Both the position numbers and the translations under genes were made by a program. Below, piece after piece: positions 10,376 through 20,159 of a stretch of 64,000 bases of DNA. Within the stretch, counting starts at the first letter, position 1. Each line of letters begins with the position of its first letter. Source of the stretch: Bacteroidota bacterium (lineage in GTDB: Bacteria; Bacteroidota; Bacteroidia; UKL13-3); the NCBI GenBank assembly GCA_051715425.1, contig JBPXJS010000052.1:51801-115800 (forward strand). The letters run 5' to 3'. Under the pieces are notes generated by a model. It saw only the letters and a list, made by a program, of their open reading frames with translations, did no database searches and was not told the DNA's origin.

Positions 10376-10410
10376 AAAGAGGCTGTTTCATCACCTGAAA
10401 CAGCCTCTTT
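10376..10410. terminator. Bidirectional intrinsic terminator
   Basis: AAAGAGGCTGTTTCA-TCACC-TGAAACAGCCTCTTT perfect 15-bp stem between convergent genes. Confidence 0.85.
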
Positions 10411-10428
10411 AAATGCGAGAGAAATATT

Positions 10429-11010
10429 TTAGTCTTCTGTTACTGTTGCCTCTATATTGAAACCTATGGTAGCAGTAAGATAAGTAGTTTTTGTTATTGG
10501 TGCATCGTTGGTAAAATCAAAAGAGAAGTTAAAATATTTCTCGTTGATATATGGCCAGATATCGTAACCATTGGCATCGGTGCTGGTAGTATTCACAGTA
10601 AAAGTGGTTAATCCATCTTTCATATTGTTTATCTGACCAATGAGCACATTGCTTCCTGTCCCGGCAACCGCATAAAAAGATGCTACATCTTTAAGGAAAT
10701 TAAAGTTTGGCATACCACTATCCACCCTAAACGTGATGGTTTTAACCCTGAATGATTGAATCTGATCTTTACTCAGGTTCTTTTGGGTTCCTATAATAGA
10801 ATCCACATTTACATATACATTCTTCAGGTGAATTTTTACGGTTTGTCCTGATACACTGGTGGTATCAATTTTCATCGCAAACGAAGGGCTGTTGTATCCA
10901 ACATTTACAGGTATTTTGGTGATGTTTTCCAGGGCATTCTTATCACATGAGGAAAGAAGCATCATAACCGCAAATGCAGCGGATAAAAATTTAACGGTTT
11001 GGGTTTTCAT
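10429..11010 (-). CDS. Hypothetical lipoprotein
   Basis: Lipobox LLSSC followed by DK. Confidence 0.75.
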   Translation of the reverse strand: MKTQTVKFLSAAFAVMMLLSSCDKNALENITKIPVNVGYNSPSFAMKIDTTSVSGQTVKIHLKNVYVNVDSIIGTQKNLSKDQIQSFRVKTITFRVDSGMPNFNFLKDVASFYAVAGTGSNVLIGQINNMKDGLTTFTVNTTSTDANGYDIWPYINEKYFNFSFDFTNDAPITKTTYLTATIGFNIEATVTED

Positions 11011-11116
11011 AGTTAATGAGTTGGGTTGACAAAACTAACAAATATTTGCAAAGATTAGGTATTTGTCTTTGTTGATAAGCGTGAATATGATTAAAATACC
11101 GGAATCGGGGTACTTG

Positions 11117-14071
11117 TTATCGGCCGCCCAGTTGCTGATAACGTTGCATACAAGCCTGTGCTTCGTTTGTTTTGCCTTGTTTATTAAATACTTCGGCCAG
11201 CAGCAGATAAGCGGCTCCATAATTCTGATTAAGAGAAAGGGCAAGTAAGAGGTTATCCTCCGCCTTTTTGTTATTCCCTGAATTATAATAGCCCAATGCA
11301 ATACTGTAATACAAATCCGGAATAGATCCCCCACCACGTTTTACAGCAAACTCCAGGTACTTTAATCCACCGGCAAAATCCCCTTTCTGATAAAGAGCCA
11401 TCCCCGAGTAATAATAGGCATCGGCATAATTAAACTTAAAGCTGTTGGCCTTTTTAAAAAACTCAAGCGCCTTATCATAGTTTCTGTTAATATTTAACTC
11501 AACCAGACCTAAACCCGACCATGCCATATAATTTTCAGGAAAAAGTTCGATGGCTTTGTTAAAATTTTTGACAGCTTCTGATGCATTTCCTAAAGAAAGG
11601 TATGATTGTCCGAGCATCCTGAAAGTTTCTTCATCTTTGGGATTATATGCGGCTGCCTGATTAAAAAACAAGGCTGCCGTATCAAACTTGCGCTGATCAA
11701 AAGCCTGATATCCGGAAGGCATAAAACTGTTCTCTCTTTTTACAACAGCGGCAAGAGGTACCCCATCTGCCTCGATGGTATGAATAGTTCCCTTTGGAGG
11801 AAACGAGCCATTATCCAGCTCTTTAGATGAATACGTGCGCGAAGTAATAATGGCATAATCCCAGGGTGTGCGTTGCTCTTCGTACTCCCTGAGCCACCGA
11901 AACTCCATATTGGGATTTGTTTTACCTGTATAATAAGAGGCCGTTAATGGCTCATTATTAATTCCCACCACCACTTTTGCAGAAGGCTCTTTATTTACAA
12001 GCCATTCGGCAGCAGCCCGGCATGAGTTGGAATAATAATCCATTTCATATTTCCCATAAGCAGCTTTTGTGCCACCGGATATATGGTTAAAATAAACACA
12101 CTCATTCGGGTGATTTTTTATCATCCATGAAAGAGGTAATGCACACAGACCCATCACCGCAAGCAACGGAAGGTATTGTGCCATGCGGTTTTTAAGAAGG
12201 CTGCTTAAGGCATCCCAACCTACTGCTGTAAGCACAATAATAGGCGGATAAACAAACAAATAATGCCGCCAGCCATTGTAGTAATACATACTTTGTACCT
12301 CGGCATAAGCAATTGGAAATACAGCAACAAAAATGACTACCAGTAAGAGGTACCAGCGGCTAAATAATTTTTTCCAGGCAAAAAAAGTAAGAAACAATAA
12401 GGCTATTCCCACCCAAACTGCTTCGGGTGTATTGAGGTAAATAAATTTTGGAAGATAATACCAGGGAACATTGGCCATATACATTCTTACTCCCTCAAAC
12501 AATTCGTGATTATAGGTAAAGTAAGCTCCCTCGGTTGATTGTTTTAAGGCTACGTACCAGTTGGTAAATGGTTTTTGCAAGGCAAATGGCCATAAAGAAA
12601 TACCAATGAGGTAACCTGCAGCAACAATGGTAAGTAATATTTTTGCATAAGGCCAGATGAGTTTAATTGCTGGAGCAAGGCCCTGTTTTTTCATGATGAT
12701 AAGCCAGCTTATTCCAAGAAAAAGACCTGTGTATGCAAACCAGATAATGCCGCCAACACGCGAACCGATAGCCATACCTATTCCGGCACCACACAAAAAC
12801 AAATGAGAGAGAGAAGGCGATGGTAATTTTTTAAGCACTTTGAGGAGGTAATACAAAGCCATGGCCGAACCCGCTGCAAAAGGAATATCTGTTGGGTTGT
12901 TCATGGACTGCCCGAAAAATACGGGGCTGCAAAAAACAAGCAACAATGCAAAAAAACCTGCCCGCCATGAGCCTATTTCTTTTGCGCAGAGGGCGGCAAA
13001 AAGCATAGCCAGTAAACCATACAAAGCATTCAACAGGTGCCTCATTTCAAACTCGCCCAAAACTTTGATATAGGTATTAAAAAATGCGGCTATTACATTA
13101 AAATGTTCTCCGTAGTAACGAAACTCCTGTATGGGTGAGTTGGCTGCCAATGCTGTGGTATCACTGCCCATGGTAGTGAAATAATTCAACATCTGGTAGC
13201 CATATTGGTTGTGCCTTTTGGCATCCCAGGTAATACCAAAATCCTGACTAAAGTAGGGCATGGCAAACAGGGTAAATATAAACAGCGCAAAAAACAGAAG
13301 GCGATAAAGCGGTTGTCGTCCGGCTTCATCTTCGGCAGTAAAGTGCTTGAGCGGATCTTTTACAAACCAGTTTATGCGTGGTGCAATGATGTTTCCTGCA
13401 ATTTTTTTCCAGCTTATCTTACGTTGGGCATGTTCTTTAATGCTAAGTACAAATGTGGTTACCGGAATATTTAAATAAGCAGCCCTGCATAATAATTTAA
13501 TTGCACTATTATTTAACTGAGAGAAATGGCCTTCAATAAAATCACGGGTAAAAAAAACAAAGTCGTGCGTATAGTCTGTAATACCAGCCGGAACAAACAT
13601 ACCGGCCACCATATTGTAGAGGGAAATACCTGTTTTTTGAAAGAAACCCAATGGCAGTTTCCCTGATTGCGGAGTAAATATTCCTGCATAAACCGCTCCT
13701 TCTGCCTGTGCTGATTTTTTGAGTAAGGTAAATGCAGAAACAACCAATTGCGGATTAAATGCCTCAACATCATCAATCATATAAACAAAGGCTCCGCTGT
13801 TTACAGCAGGATCTGTTATATCATCTGCCAGCCAACACCGGCCTCTTTCCGAAAGGGTTAAAACCTCCGGCAATTGTTTTACCTCTTCGGCACCACCCAA
13901 AATAATCAATTTAGCCTCGGTGCGGGTTTTAAGAATTGCTCCTGCAACCTTTTGATTGATCTTCTCCGCAGCGATTCCTTTTGCCGGTAAAAGAAAAGTT
14001 AATTCATTGTCGCTAATGGTAACTTTAGCAGATTCGGCCGCAGGTGTTTTGGATGGTCCTTTCTTGCTCAT
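11117..14071 (-). CDS. GT-C-fold (ArnT/PMT-like) membrane glycosyltransferase with N-terminal soluble domain and C-terminal TPRs
   Basis: FGITWD after the first TM, NNPTDIPFA, PWYYLP, YNGWRHYLF; many TM helices; TPR-like helical repeats at the C-terminus. Confidence 0.8.
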   Translation of the reverse strand: MSKKGPSKTPAAESAKVTISDNELTFLLPAKGIAAEKINQKVAGAILKTRTEAKLIILGGAEEVKQLPEVLTLSERGRCWLADDITDPAVNSGAFVYMIDDVEAFNPQLVVSAFTLLKKSAQAEGAVYAGIFTPQSGKLPLGFFQKTGISLYNMVAGMFVPAGITDYTHDFVFFTRDFIEGHFSQLNNSAIKLLCRAAYLNIPVTTFVLSIKEHAQRKISWKKIAGNIIAPRINWFVKDPLKHFTAEDEAGRQPLYRLLFFALFIFTLFAMPYFSQDFGITWDAKRHNQYGYQMLNYFTTMGSDTTALAANSPIQEFRYYGEHFNVIAAFFNTYIKVLGEFEMRHLLNALYGLLAMLFAALCAKEIGSWRAGFFALLLVFCSPVFFGQSMNNPTDIPFAAGSAMALYYLLKVLKKLPSPSLSHLFLCGAGIGMAIGSRVGGIIWFAYTGLFLGISWLIIMKKQGLAPAIKLIWPYAKILLTIVAAGYLIGISLWPFALQKPFTNWYVALKQSTEGAYFTYNHELFEGVRMYMANVPWYYLPKFIYLNTPEAVWVGIALLFLTFFAWKKLFSRWYLLLVVIFVAVFPIAYAEVQSMYYYNGWRHYLFVYPPIIVLTAVGWDALSSLLKNRMAQYLPLLAVMGLCALPLSWMIKNHPNECVYFNHISGGTKAAYGKYEMDYYSNSCRAAAEWLVNKEPSAKVVVGINNEPLTASYYTGKTNPNMEFRWLREYEEQRTPWDYAIITSRTYSSKELDNGSFPPKGTIHTIEADGVPLAAVVKRENSFMPSGYQAFDQRKFDTAALFFNQAAAYNPKDEETFRMLGQSYLSLGNASEAVKNFNKAIELFPENYMAWSGLGLVELNINRNYDKALEFFKKANSFKFNYADAYYYSGMALYQKGDFAGGLKYLEFAVKRGGGSIPDLYYSIALGYYNSGNNKKAEDNLLLALSLNQNYGAAYLLLAEVFNKQGKTNEAQACMQRYQQLGGR

Positions 14072-15498
14072 TTTTTTACCAATCCGGTTTTAGTAATTAC
14101 TGAACTTTCCTGATAGTTTTCGTAATCGGTATTGATATCCCAAAGGTTATGAGAAGTATGATCCAGAATATTTTCGGCAGCAAGCATTCCCATTAAAATA
14201 GAGTGATCCTGGTTATTGTATTTAAATGCCCCGTAACGACCAATTACGTGAAGGTTTTTAATTCCGGTAAGGTACTCTTCTACCGGATTCAGAATTTCTT
14301 TGTAGCCTTTAGAGTAAACCGGATAACAACGCGGTATGCGGTAAGTAGTGGTATTTAATATTTCGGCATTACCGATTAATCCTGTTTTTCTTATTTCATC
14401 AGAAGCCAGCGCGTTTAGTTTTTCATCGCTGTAACTCCAGAATTCATCCTCATCATAACACCAGTATTCCAGTGCCAGGATACTTGTTTTTTTATCTTTA
14501 TACAACTCAGGAACCCAGTTGCGGAAATTGGTAATTCTTCCGGTTTGTACATCGGTAGAGTGCACATACAACCAGTTATCGGAAAACAGATCGGTGGCAT
14601 TTACTTCCAGAAAAACAATAACGGTATTTCTGAATTTTAGCTGTGCATTTAAATCATGTATACGCTGCGGGGTTTCTTCTATTCTGTTTACCAGTAAGGT
14701 GATGGGCATAGAAGAAATAATATGATCATAATATTTAACCTCTCCATTTTCCAGTTCGAGGCCTTTTGCAACTCCATTTTCTACAATTACCCTGGCTACC
14801 GGAGTTTTTAAAAACACCTGTCCACCATTTTCTTTAATATGCTGCTCCATGCGGTTATACACCATACCTGTTCCTTCCACAGGGTAAGCAAACTCATCAA
14901 CCAGCGTTTTGTGTTTTTTGCCTTTATCACCAAAAATGGCAGCCTTAGCTGCTTCCCATAGTGATAGTTTTTTTATCCGTTGTGCCGCAAAATCTGCGTC
15001 CAGCGCATTACAAGGGATACCCCATAGTTTTTCACTATATGTTTTAAAGAAAATTTCATAGAGCCTTTTTCCAAAACGGCTTCTTACCCAACCTTCAAAA
15101 GTACTTTGGTCTTTGGTGGGCATTATCCGCTCCATGCCAAAACTAAACATGCACCGAGCTGCTTCAAACAAACCCAATTTGCTCAACGCATCAAATGCTT
15201 TTATCGGGTAATAATACAAATCATTTTTATACAGAATGCGGGTAAGCCGGTTTACCATCTCGTAATCCTCTTTCACTACTTCAAGCCATAAGGTATTTAC
15301 ACGCGTATCGCTGCTAAAAAACCTGTGCGGACCAATATCTACTGTTTGCCCCCATAATTCTATAGACTTCGCCAGTCCGCCTACACTGCCACTTGCCTCA
15401 TATAAATCAACCCCTTTTATCTTTTTTGAAAGTTGATATGCAGCCGTTATACCAGCAGGACCCGCACCAATAACTGCTACTTTTATTTCTTTGCTCAT
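14068..15498 (-). CDS. FAD-dependent oxidoreductase (UDP-galactopyranose mutase / HemY-like fold)
   Basis: VIGAGPAG, GGLA, DIGPHRFF, GRYGAFKYNNQDHS. Confidence 0.8.
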   Translation of the reverse strand: MSKEIKVAVIGAGPAGITAAYQLSKKIKGVDLYEASGSVGGLAKSIELWGQTVDIGPHRFFSSDTRVNTLWLEVVKEDYEMVNRLTRILYKNDLYYYPIKAFDALSKLGLFEAARCMFSFGMERIMPTKDQSTFEGWVRSRFGKRLYEIFFKTYSEKLWGIPCNALDADFAAQRIKKLSLWEAAKAAIFGDKGKKHKTLVDEFAYPVEGTGMVYNRMEQHIKENGGQVFLKTPVARVIVENGVAKGLELENGEVKYYDHIISSMPITLLVNRIEETPQRIHDLNAQLKFRNTVIVFLEVNATDLFSDNWLYVHSTDVQTGRITNFRNWVPELYKDKKTSILALEYWCYDEDEFWSYSDEKLNALASDEIRKTGLIGNAEILNTTTYRIPRCYPVYSKGYKEILNPVEEYLTGIKNLHVIGRYGAFKYNNQDHSILMGMLAAENILDHTSHNLWDINTDYENYQESSVITKTGLVKK

Positions 15499-15542
15499 TT
15501 GCTTGATTTGCTTCTTAATATAAAGTTGTAAATAAAAGGCCT

Positions 15543-16091
15543 TTACGATACTTTTTCAAATACAAAAAGATGATTTAGCCCGAATTGGAATTTTTTATGT
15601 TTTACCAACCTGAATAAAGGCGCTGAAAAGATATGTTTTGTATCGCTGGTTTTAAAGCCATAATGCTCTTCCAGCGACATTCCATCTATTAACCTGAAGA
15701 ACCTCAGCACCGCCAAAATATAATCAACTGATGGAGAGGGAACTGTAATAATTGCCAAACCACCCGGGTGTAGAAATTGGTGGCAACTCTTTGCCAAAGC
15801 TTCCTGCTGGCCAGATGGAATATGCTCCAGTACGGCAAGCATGGTGATGCAGTTAAAACGCTCATTGCCAGTAAATGCCTGTGGAAAATACCCTTTTATT
15901 AATTGGTATTGTCCATTAGCCATTTCATTAGCCAGAGGATCAACCCCTGCACCTGTTAATTGAAGGTGGGTTAATTGTTTAAAAAGTGCTCCATCGTAAC
16001 TTCCAATATCGAGAACAGCATCCTGCTTTTTAATAAACCGGGCGGCCTGGTTTATCCTCATTTTTTGCAGGAGGTAGTCTATTGCCTTCAT
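15543..16091 (-). CDS. Class I SAM-dependent methyltransferase
   Basis: VLDIGSYDG, AVLEHI, LHPGG; start at ATG 16091 (ATGA overlap with the GT2 stop). Confidence 0.85.
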   Translation of the reverse strand: MKAIDYLLQKMRINQAARFIKKQDAVLDIGSYDGALFKQLTHLQLTGAGVDPLANEMANGQYQLIKGYFPQAFTGNERFNCITMLAVLEHIPSGQQEALAKSCHQFLHPGGLAIITVPSPSVDYILAVLRFFRLIDGMSLEEHYGFKTSDTKHIFSAPLFRLVKHKKFQFGLNHLFVFEKVS

Positions 16092-17248
16092 CGTTTGCGG
16101 TTTAAGGTGAGCACGCTTAAGAAAAAGCTGGAAAAAATAATTTGTAATCCGAGAATGATACAAATAACCGAAGGGATAACCACCCGGAGGATGGAAGAAT
16201 ACTCCAGGCTTCCAAAATCAACCTGATCCCAAAGGTAAAGGGAGTAAGCAGAGCCGGCAAAACCTGAAAGGGTAAAAAACACTCCGGTAATAATTCCCCT
16301 TTCCAGGGTAAGCCATTTTTCAATGGTAACAAAGGTTCGTCTTTCCGGCATAAGCCCCGATTGAATGGCGTACCTTCTGGTAAATATCCCAAAAACAATA
16401 AGCTGAAAACCAACAATGGCAGCAGCTCCGGCATAAAGCAGGGTATTGGTATCGAAATAAATATTAAAAATCTGAACAGGGCCGCGCATAATAAAAGCTC
16501 CGGAAAGCAAGCCCACCAGCAGCATAATAATACCGGGATATAAAAACAACCACCGTGGGCTGTAAATTAATAAAAACCTCAGGTGGCGCCACCCGTCAGA
16601 CCAGGTGCGTAAATGAGGTGCCCTGGTTCTGCCGGCCACACTCAGCGTGGTGGGTACTTCGCAAATGCGCAGGTTAAACAGGCTTGCTTTCACAATCATC
16701 TCGCTGGCAAACTCCATCCCCGTTGTTCTCAGGTTTAAGAGGCTTACAATATCCTGACGGAAACCACGCAAACCACAATGAAAATCATTTACCGGAGAAC
16801 GGAAAAACAATTTTCCTATAAAAGACAGCACCGGATTGCCCAGGTATTTATGTAAAAAAGGCATTGCTCCTTTTTGGATACCACCTTTAAAGCGATTTCC
16901 TACAACCAGATCATAACCCTCCCTGAGTTTTATAACATATGGATTGAGGTTAGAAAAATCATAACTATCATCTGAATCGCCCATAATCACATACCTGCCT
17001 TTTGCAGATTCAATACCGGTCATTAATGCGCTGCCATATCCTTTTTCAGTGGCATGAATGACGCGGGCTCCCAATTTTGCTGCAATTTGCTGAGAACCAT
17101 CGGTGCTGCCGTTATCAGAAATAACCACTTCACCGCTGATATTGTTTTCTTTCAGATACCGCAATGCTTTTTCTATACAGATGCCCAATGTCTCTGCCTC
17201 GTTTAAACAAGGCATCACAATACTTAATTCCAATGCATATTGGCTCAT
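16088..17248 (-). CDS. GT2 polyprenol-phosphate glycosyltransferase (DPM-synthase-like) with C-terminal TM helices
   Basis: SIVMPCLNE, SDNGSTDGS, MGDSDDSY, DFHCGLRGF. Confidence 0.9.
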   Translation of the reverse strand: MSQYALELSIVMPCLNEAETLGICIEKALRYLKENNISGEVVISDNGSTDGSQQIAAKLGARVIHATEKGYGSALMTGIESAKGRYVIMGDSDDSYDFSNLNPYVIKLREGYDLVVGNRFKGGIQKGAMPFLHKYLGNPVLSFIGKLFFRSPVNDFHCGLRGFRQDIVSLLNLRTTGMEFASEMIVKASLFNLRICEVPTTLSVAGRTRAPHLRTWSDGWRHLRFLLIYSPRWLFLYPGIIMLLVGLLSGAFIMRGPVQIFNIYFDTNTLLYAGAAAIVGFQLIVFGIFTRRYAIQSGLMPERRTFVTIEKWLTLERGIITGVFFTLSGFAGSAYSLYLWDQVDFGSLEYSSILRVVIPSVICIILGLQIIFSSFFLSVLTLNRKR

Positions 17249-17401
17249 GCAGCGAAAATAATAAAATAGGGCATATAAAAGAGGTTAAGGTTTTTTTACC
17301 TTCAAGGGAATACCACCGTTATGCTATGTATTGTCTTATTTGAAGGAATGGTTTTTAATCTCCTCACATTTTATAAATTCGCCACTGCTAATACTTATCC
17401 T

Positions 17402-18619
17402 ATGAAAAAATTCCTACTCACTCCCCTCTTTGTTGTTTTATGCGCTGTGGTTGTTTCGGCCCAGGTGCGTTACCGCGATAGTTTATTTACCACGGTTCAG
17501 GTAGACAGCAATATTTTGTATGGCAACAATATAACTGTGCTTGGGGCATCTCAGGATCTGATGCTTGATTTTTATTACCCGGCCGGAGATACCGTGAGCA
17601 ACAGACCGGTGGTGCTTGTGGCACATGGCGGATCGTTTATAAACGGAGACCGTAAACTGGGTGATGTGGTGGAACTGTGTAACCAATTTGCCAAGCGCGG
17701 GTATGTGGCTGTATCTATGCAATATCGTTTAGGCATTAATCCATTTTCGGGTTTAGGATTTGAAACGGAATTTACCAGAGCCGTTTGGCGCGGACAGCAG
17801 GATGGAAGAGCAGCAGTGAGGTTTTTAAGAAAACATGCTGCCACTTCCAATACTTACCGCATCAATCCTGATCAAATCTTTTTTGCTGGCGTTTCAGCAG
17901 GAGGTGTGCTTGGCTTGCAAATGATTTTTATGGATTTACCTTCAGAGATTGCCGGATTAAGTATAGATACCGTTTCCCTCGGAGGTTTTGAAGGAAACTC
18001 CGGAAATGCCGGTTACTCTTCAAGGGTTAAGGCAATAGCCAATCTGGCAGGTGCTTTAAAAAATGTAACCTGGATGTATAATAATAAACTCATTCCGATA
18101 TGCCATGTGCATGGCGACAGCGACCAAACCGTACCTTATAAAAGCGCAGATTATTATTACCAGGGATTTAAGGTAAGTTTTCTTCAGGGAAGTTTCAGTA
18201 TAGACTCTGCAGCAAAATTAAATAATATGTACAGCGAGCTGCATACCTTTAAAGGGCAGGATCATGTGCCGTTTTCTTTTAACAGCACCTATATGGATTC
18301 CACTGTACGTTTTGTTTCCACCTTTTTTCATGGGGTATTAAACGGAAATATCAATGCCTCTGTGGTTTCAGCAACAGAACAGTTAAAGGCTAATGTTTAC
18401 CCTAATCCGGCAGCTGATCTGGTAAAAATTACCTTCCCGGTAAGTTTGCTTCAGGCATCAGTTAGTATAACCGACCTGAATGGAAAAACCGTATTGGAAA
18501 CAACATGTTCAGGGAATGAGAAAGAGATTGACATACATGGTTTAGCCAACGGGCTGTATATTATAAAAACCAGAACAAGTAATCAGGTATCGATAAACAG
18601 GCTGGTAATAACACGCTAA
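17402..18619 (+). CDS. T9SS-secreted alpha/beta-hydrolase (carboxylesterase)
   Basis: HGGSF oxyanion motif, GVSAG nucleophile elbow, HGDSD, GQDH; YPNP sorting domain; start moved to MKKF. Confidence 0.88.
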   Translation: MKKFLLTPLFVVLCAVVVSAQVRYRDSLFTTVQVDSNILYGNNITVLGASQDLMLDFYYPAGDTVSNRPVVLVAHGGSFINGDRKLGDVVELCNQFAKRGYVAVSMQYRLGINPFSGLGFETEFTRAVWRGQQDGRAAVRFLRKHAATSNTYRINPDQIFFAGVSAGGVLGLQMIFMDLPSEIAGLSIDTVSLGGFEGNSGNAGYSSRVKAIANLAGALKNVTWMYNNKLIPICHVHGDSDQTVPYKSADYYYQGFKVSFLQGSFSIDSAAKLNNMYSELHTFKGQDHVPFSFNSTYMDSTVRFVSTFFHGVLNGNINASVVSATEQLKANVYPNPAADLVKITFPVSLLQASVSITDLNGKTVLETTCSGNEKEIDIHGLANGLYIIKTRTSNQVSINRLVITR

Positions 18620-19704
18620 CCAATTAAATCACGAAGGGAACTCATTTTTTTATCGGTTTCCTCCCATTCTTTTTCTGCTTCGGAGTTTTCTGTAATGCCA
18701 GCGCCTGCATATAACCAGGCTTTTGTTTTGCCAAGTTCCAAACATCTTAAGTTTACATGCAGGTGTATATGTTTACTCTTAACCATACCGGCAAAACCGG
18801 AGTAAAAACGCCTCTCTGTTTTTTCATGGTTGGCAATAAAAAAAGAAGCATCAAACTGTGGAATTCCGCATACTGCAGGTGTGGGATTTAATTCCATGAG
18901 AAGTTTGTGAAATTTTTTATCCAGCCATTCTTCATTTACCTTAGCGGTAATGGTATTGCATAAGTGGCTAATGAGTCCGGCATGGAGTGTAAATGGGGCT
19001 GATTTCTGAAAAACAAGTTGCTGTTTATCAAAAACCTGTTCTATAAAATCAGAAACCATATGCTGCTCATCCGTTTCTTTTTCACCCCACGGTTCCATAT
19101 CACTTGTTGGTTTGGTACCGGCAAGAGCCACTGTTCTCAGTTGTGTTGAGGATGTTTCCAGCAATACTTCCGGTGAAGCACCTGTCCAGCATCCAAGCCC
19201 TTCGGCACTGATATAATAAACCATGGCAGAAGGGAAATGCTGTTGCAGTTTGATATAATAATCTGATGCATTAAAATCAGCAGGTAGTGCCACCGGCTCG
19301 CTTCTTGCGGCAACTACTTTATCCAGTTTATCATCAATAATATTCTTTCTTATTTGTTGCACATAGTTGAGATAAAACGCTTTATCGGCAACAAAATTTA
19401 CAGGGTCCGTTGTTATTACATCTTTTCTTATGGGAGCAGGCATTATTCCTTCCACCAGTGTTTCGTTTTTAAACACTGCTTCTGCATTTAAAAAATAAGC
19501 CTGATTACCTCCTGAATAAGGAGAAAAAACAAAATCGGGTGTACGTTCGGCTACGTAAGAAAGTCTTTTAAGCACCGGTGATTTACCTGAATAAAAAAAC
19601 CAGGTTTCATTGGTATCCGGAAAACGGCAGGCAGCAAAATTTAATCCTTCTGCTTCTTTAAACCTTTGGCGGATTAAATCCTCTGTTGTCATTTTGTATT
19701 TCAA
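18616..19704 (-). CDS. menF: Isochorismate synthase / chorismate-binding protein
   Basis: KVVAAR, GASPE, ALAGT, PTPAVCG, NLRC, AGAGIT; adjacent to a hotdog thioesterase. Confidence 0.85.
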   Translation of the reverse strand: MKYKMTTEDLIRQRFKEAEGLNFAACRFPDTNETWFFYSGKSPVLKRLSYVAERTPDFVFSPYSGGNQAYFLNAEAVFKNETLVEGIMPAPIRKDVITTDPVNFVADKAFYLNYVQQIRKNIIDDKLDKVVAARSEPVALPADFNASDYYIKLQQHFPSAMVYYISAEGLGCWTGASPEVLLETSSTQLRTVALAGTKPTSDMEPWGEKETDEQHMVSDFIEQVFDKQQLVFQKSAPFTLHAGLISHLCNTITAKVNEEWLDKKFHKLLMELNPTPAVCGIPQFDASFFIANHEKTERRFYSGFAGMVKSKHIHLHVNLRCLELGKTKAWLYAGAGITENSEAEKEWEETDKKMSSLRDLIG

Positions 19705-20119
19705 TTACCGACATGGTAAGCCTGCTTATGCAACAAAGTTTATCCTCATCGTCTGTTATTCTTATTTCCCAAACCTGTGTAGTGCGCCCAAGGTGAATAG
19801 CTCTGGCTGTTCCGTGCACGTATCCCTTTGAAGCCGATCTGACATGGTTGGCATTAATATCCAATCCCAATGCCACATATCTATCTCTGTCGAGGCACAG
19901 GTTACCGGCCATGCTGCCAACTGTTTCGGCCAGGGCACAATAAGCACCGCCATTTACCACATGCAGGGGTTGTACCGTTCTGTGGTCTACAGGCATGCGG
20001 GCCCGGAGATAATCGGCTCCCATATCTGTAAACTCAATTCCTATCCACTCGGCCATTGTTTTTTCATTACGCTTATTTATGGCATCGAGTGTAACGCCTT
20101 CTTTCCTGAAAATTGACAT
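19658..20119 (-). CDS. menI: Hotdog-fold thioesterase (DHNA-CoA hydrolase / PaaI-like)
   Basis: QPLHVVNGGA..LAET, GLDINANH, GRTTQVW; start moved to MSIF. Confidence 0.8.
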   Translation of the reverse strand: MSIFRKEGVTLDAINKRNEKTMAEWIGIEFTDMGADYLRARMPVDHRTVQPLHVVNGGAYCALAETVGSMAGNLCLDRDRYVALGLDINANHVRSASKGYVHGTARAIHLGRTTQVWEIRITDDEDKLCCISRLTMSVIEIQNDNRGFNPPKV

Positions 20120-20159
20120 AATTGAAATTTTGTGCAAATTATAAAATGGAAGCAAAAAA

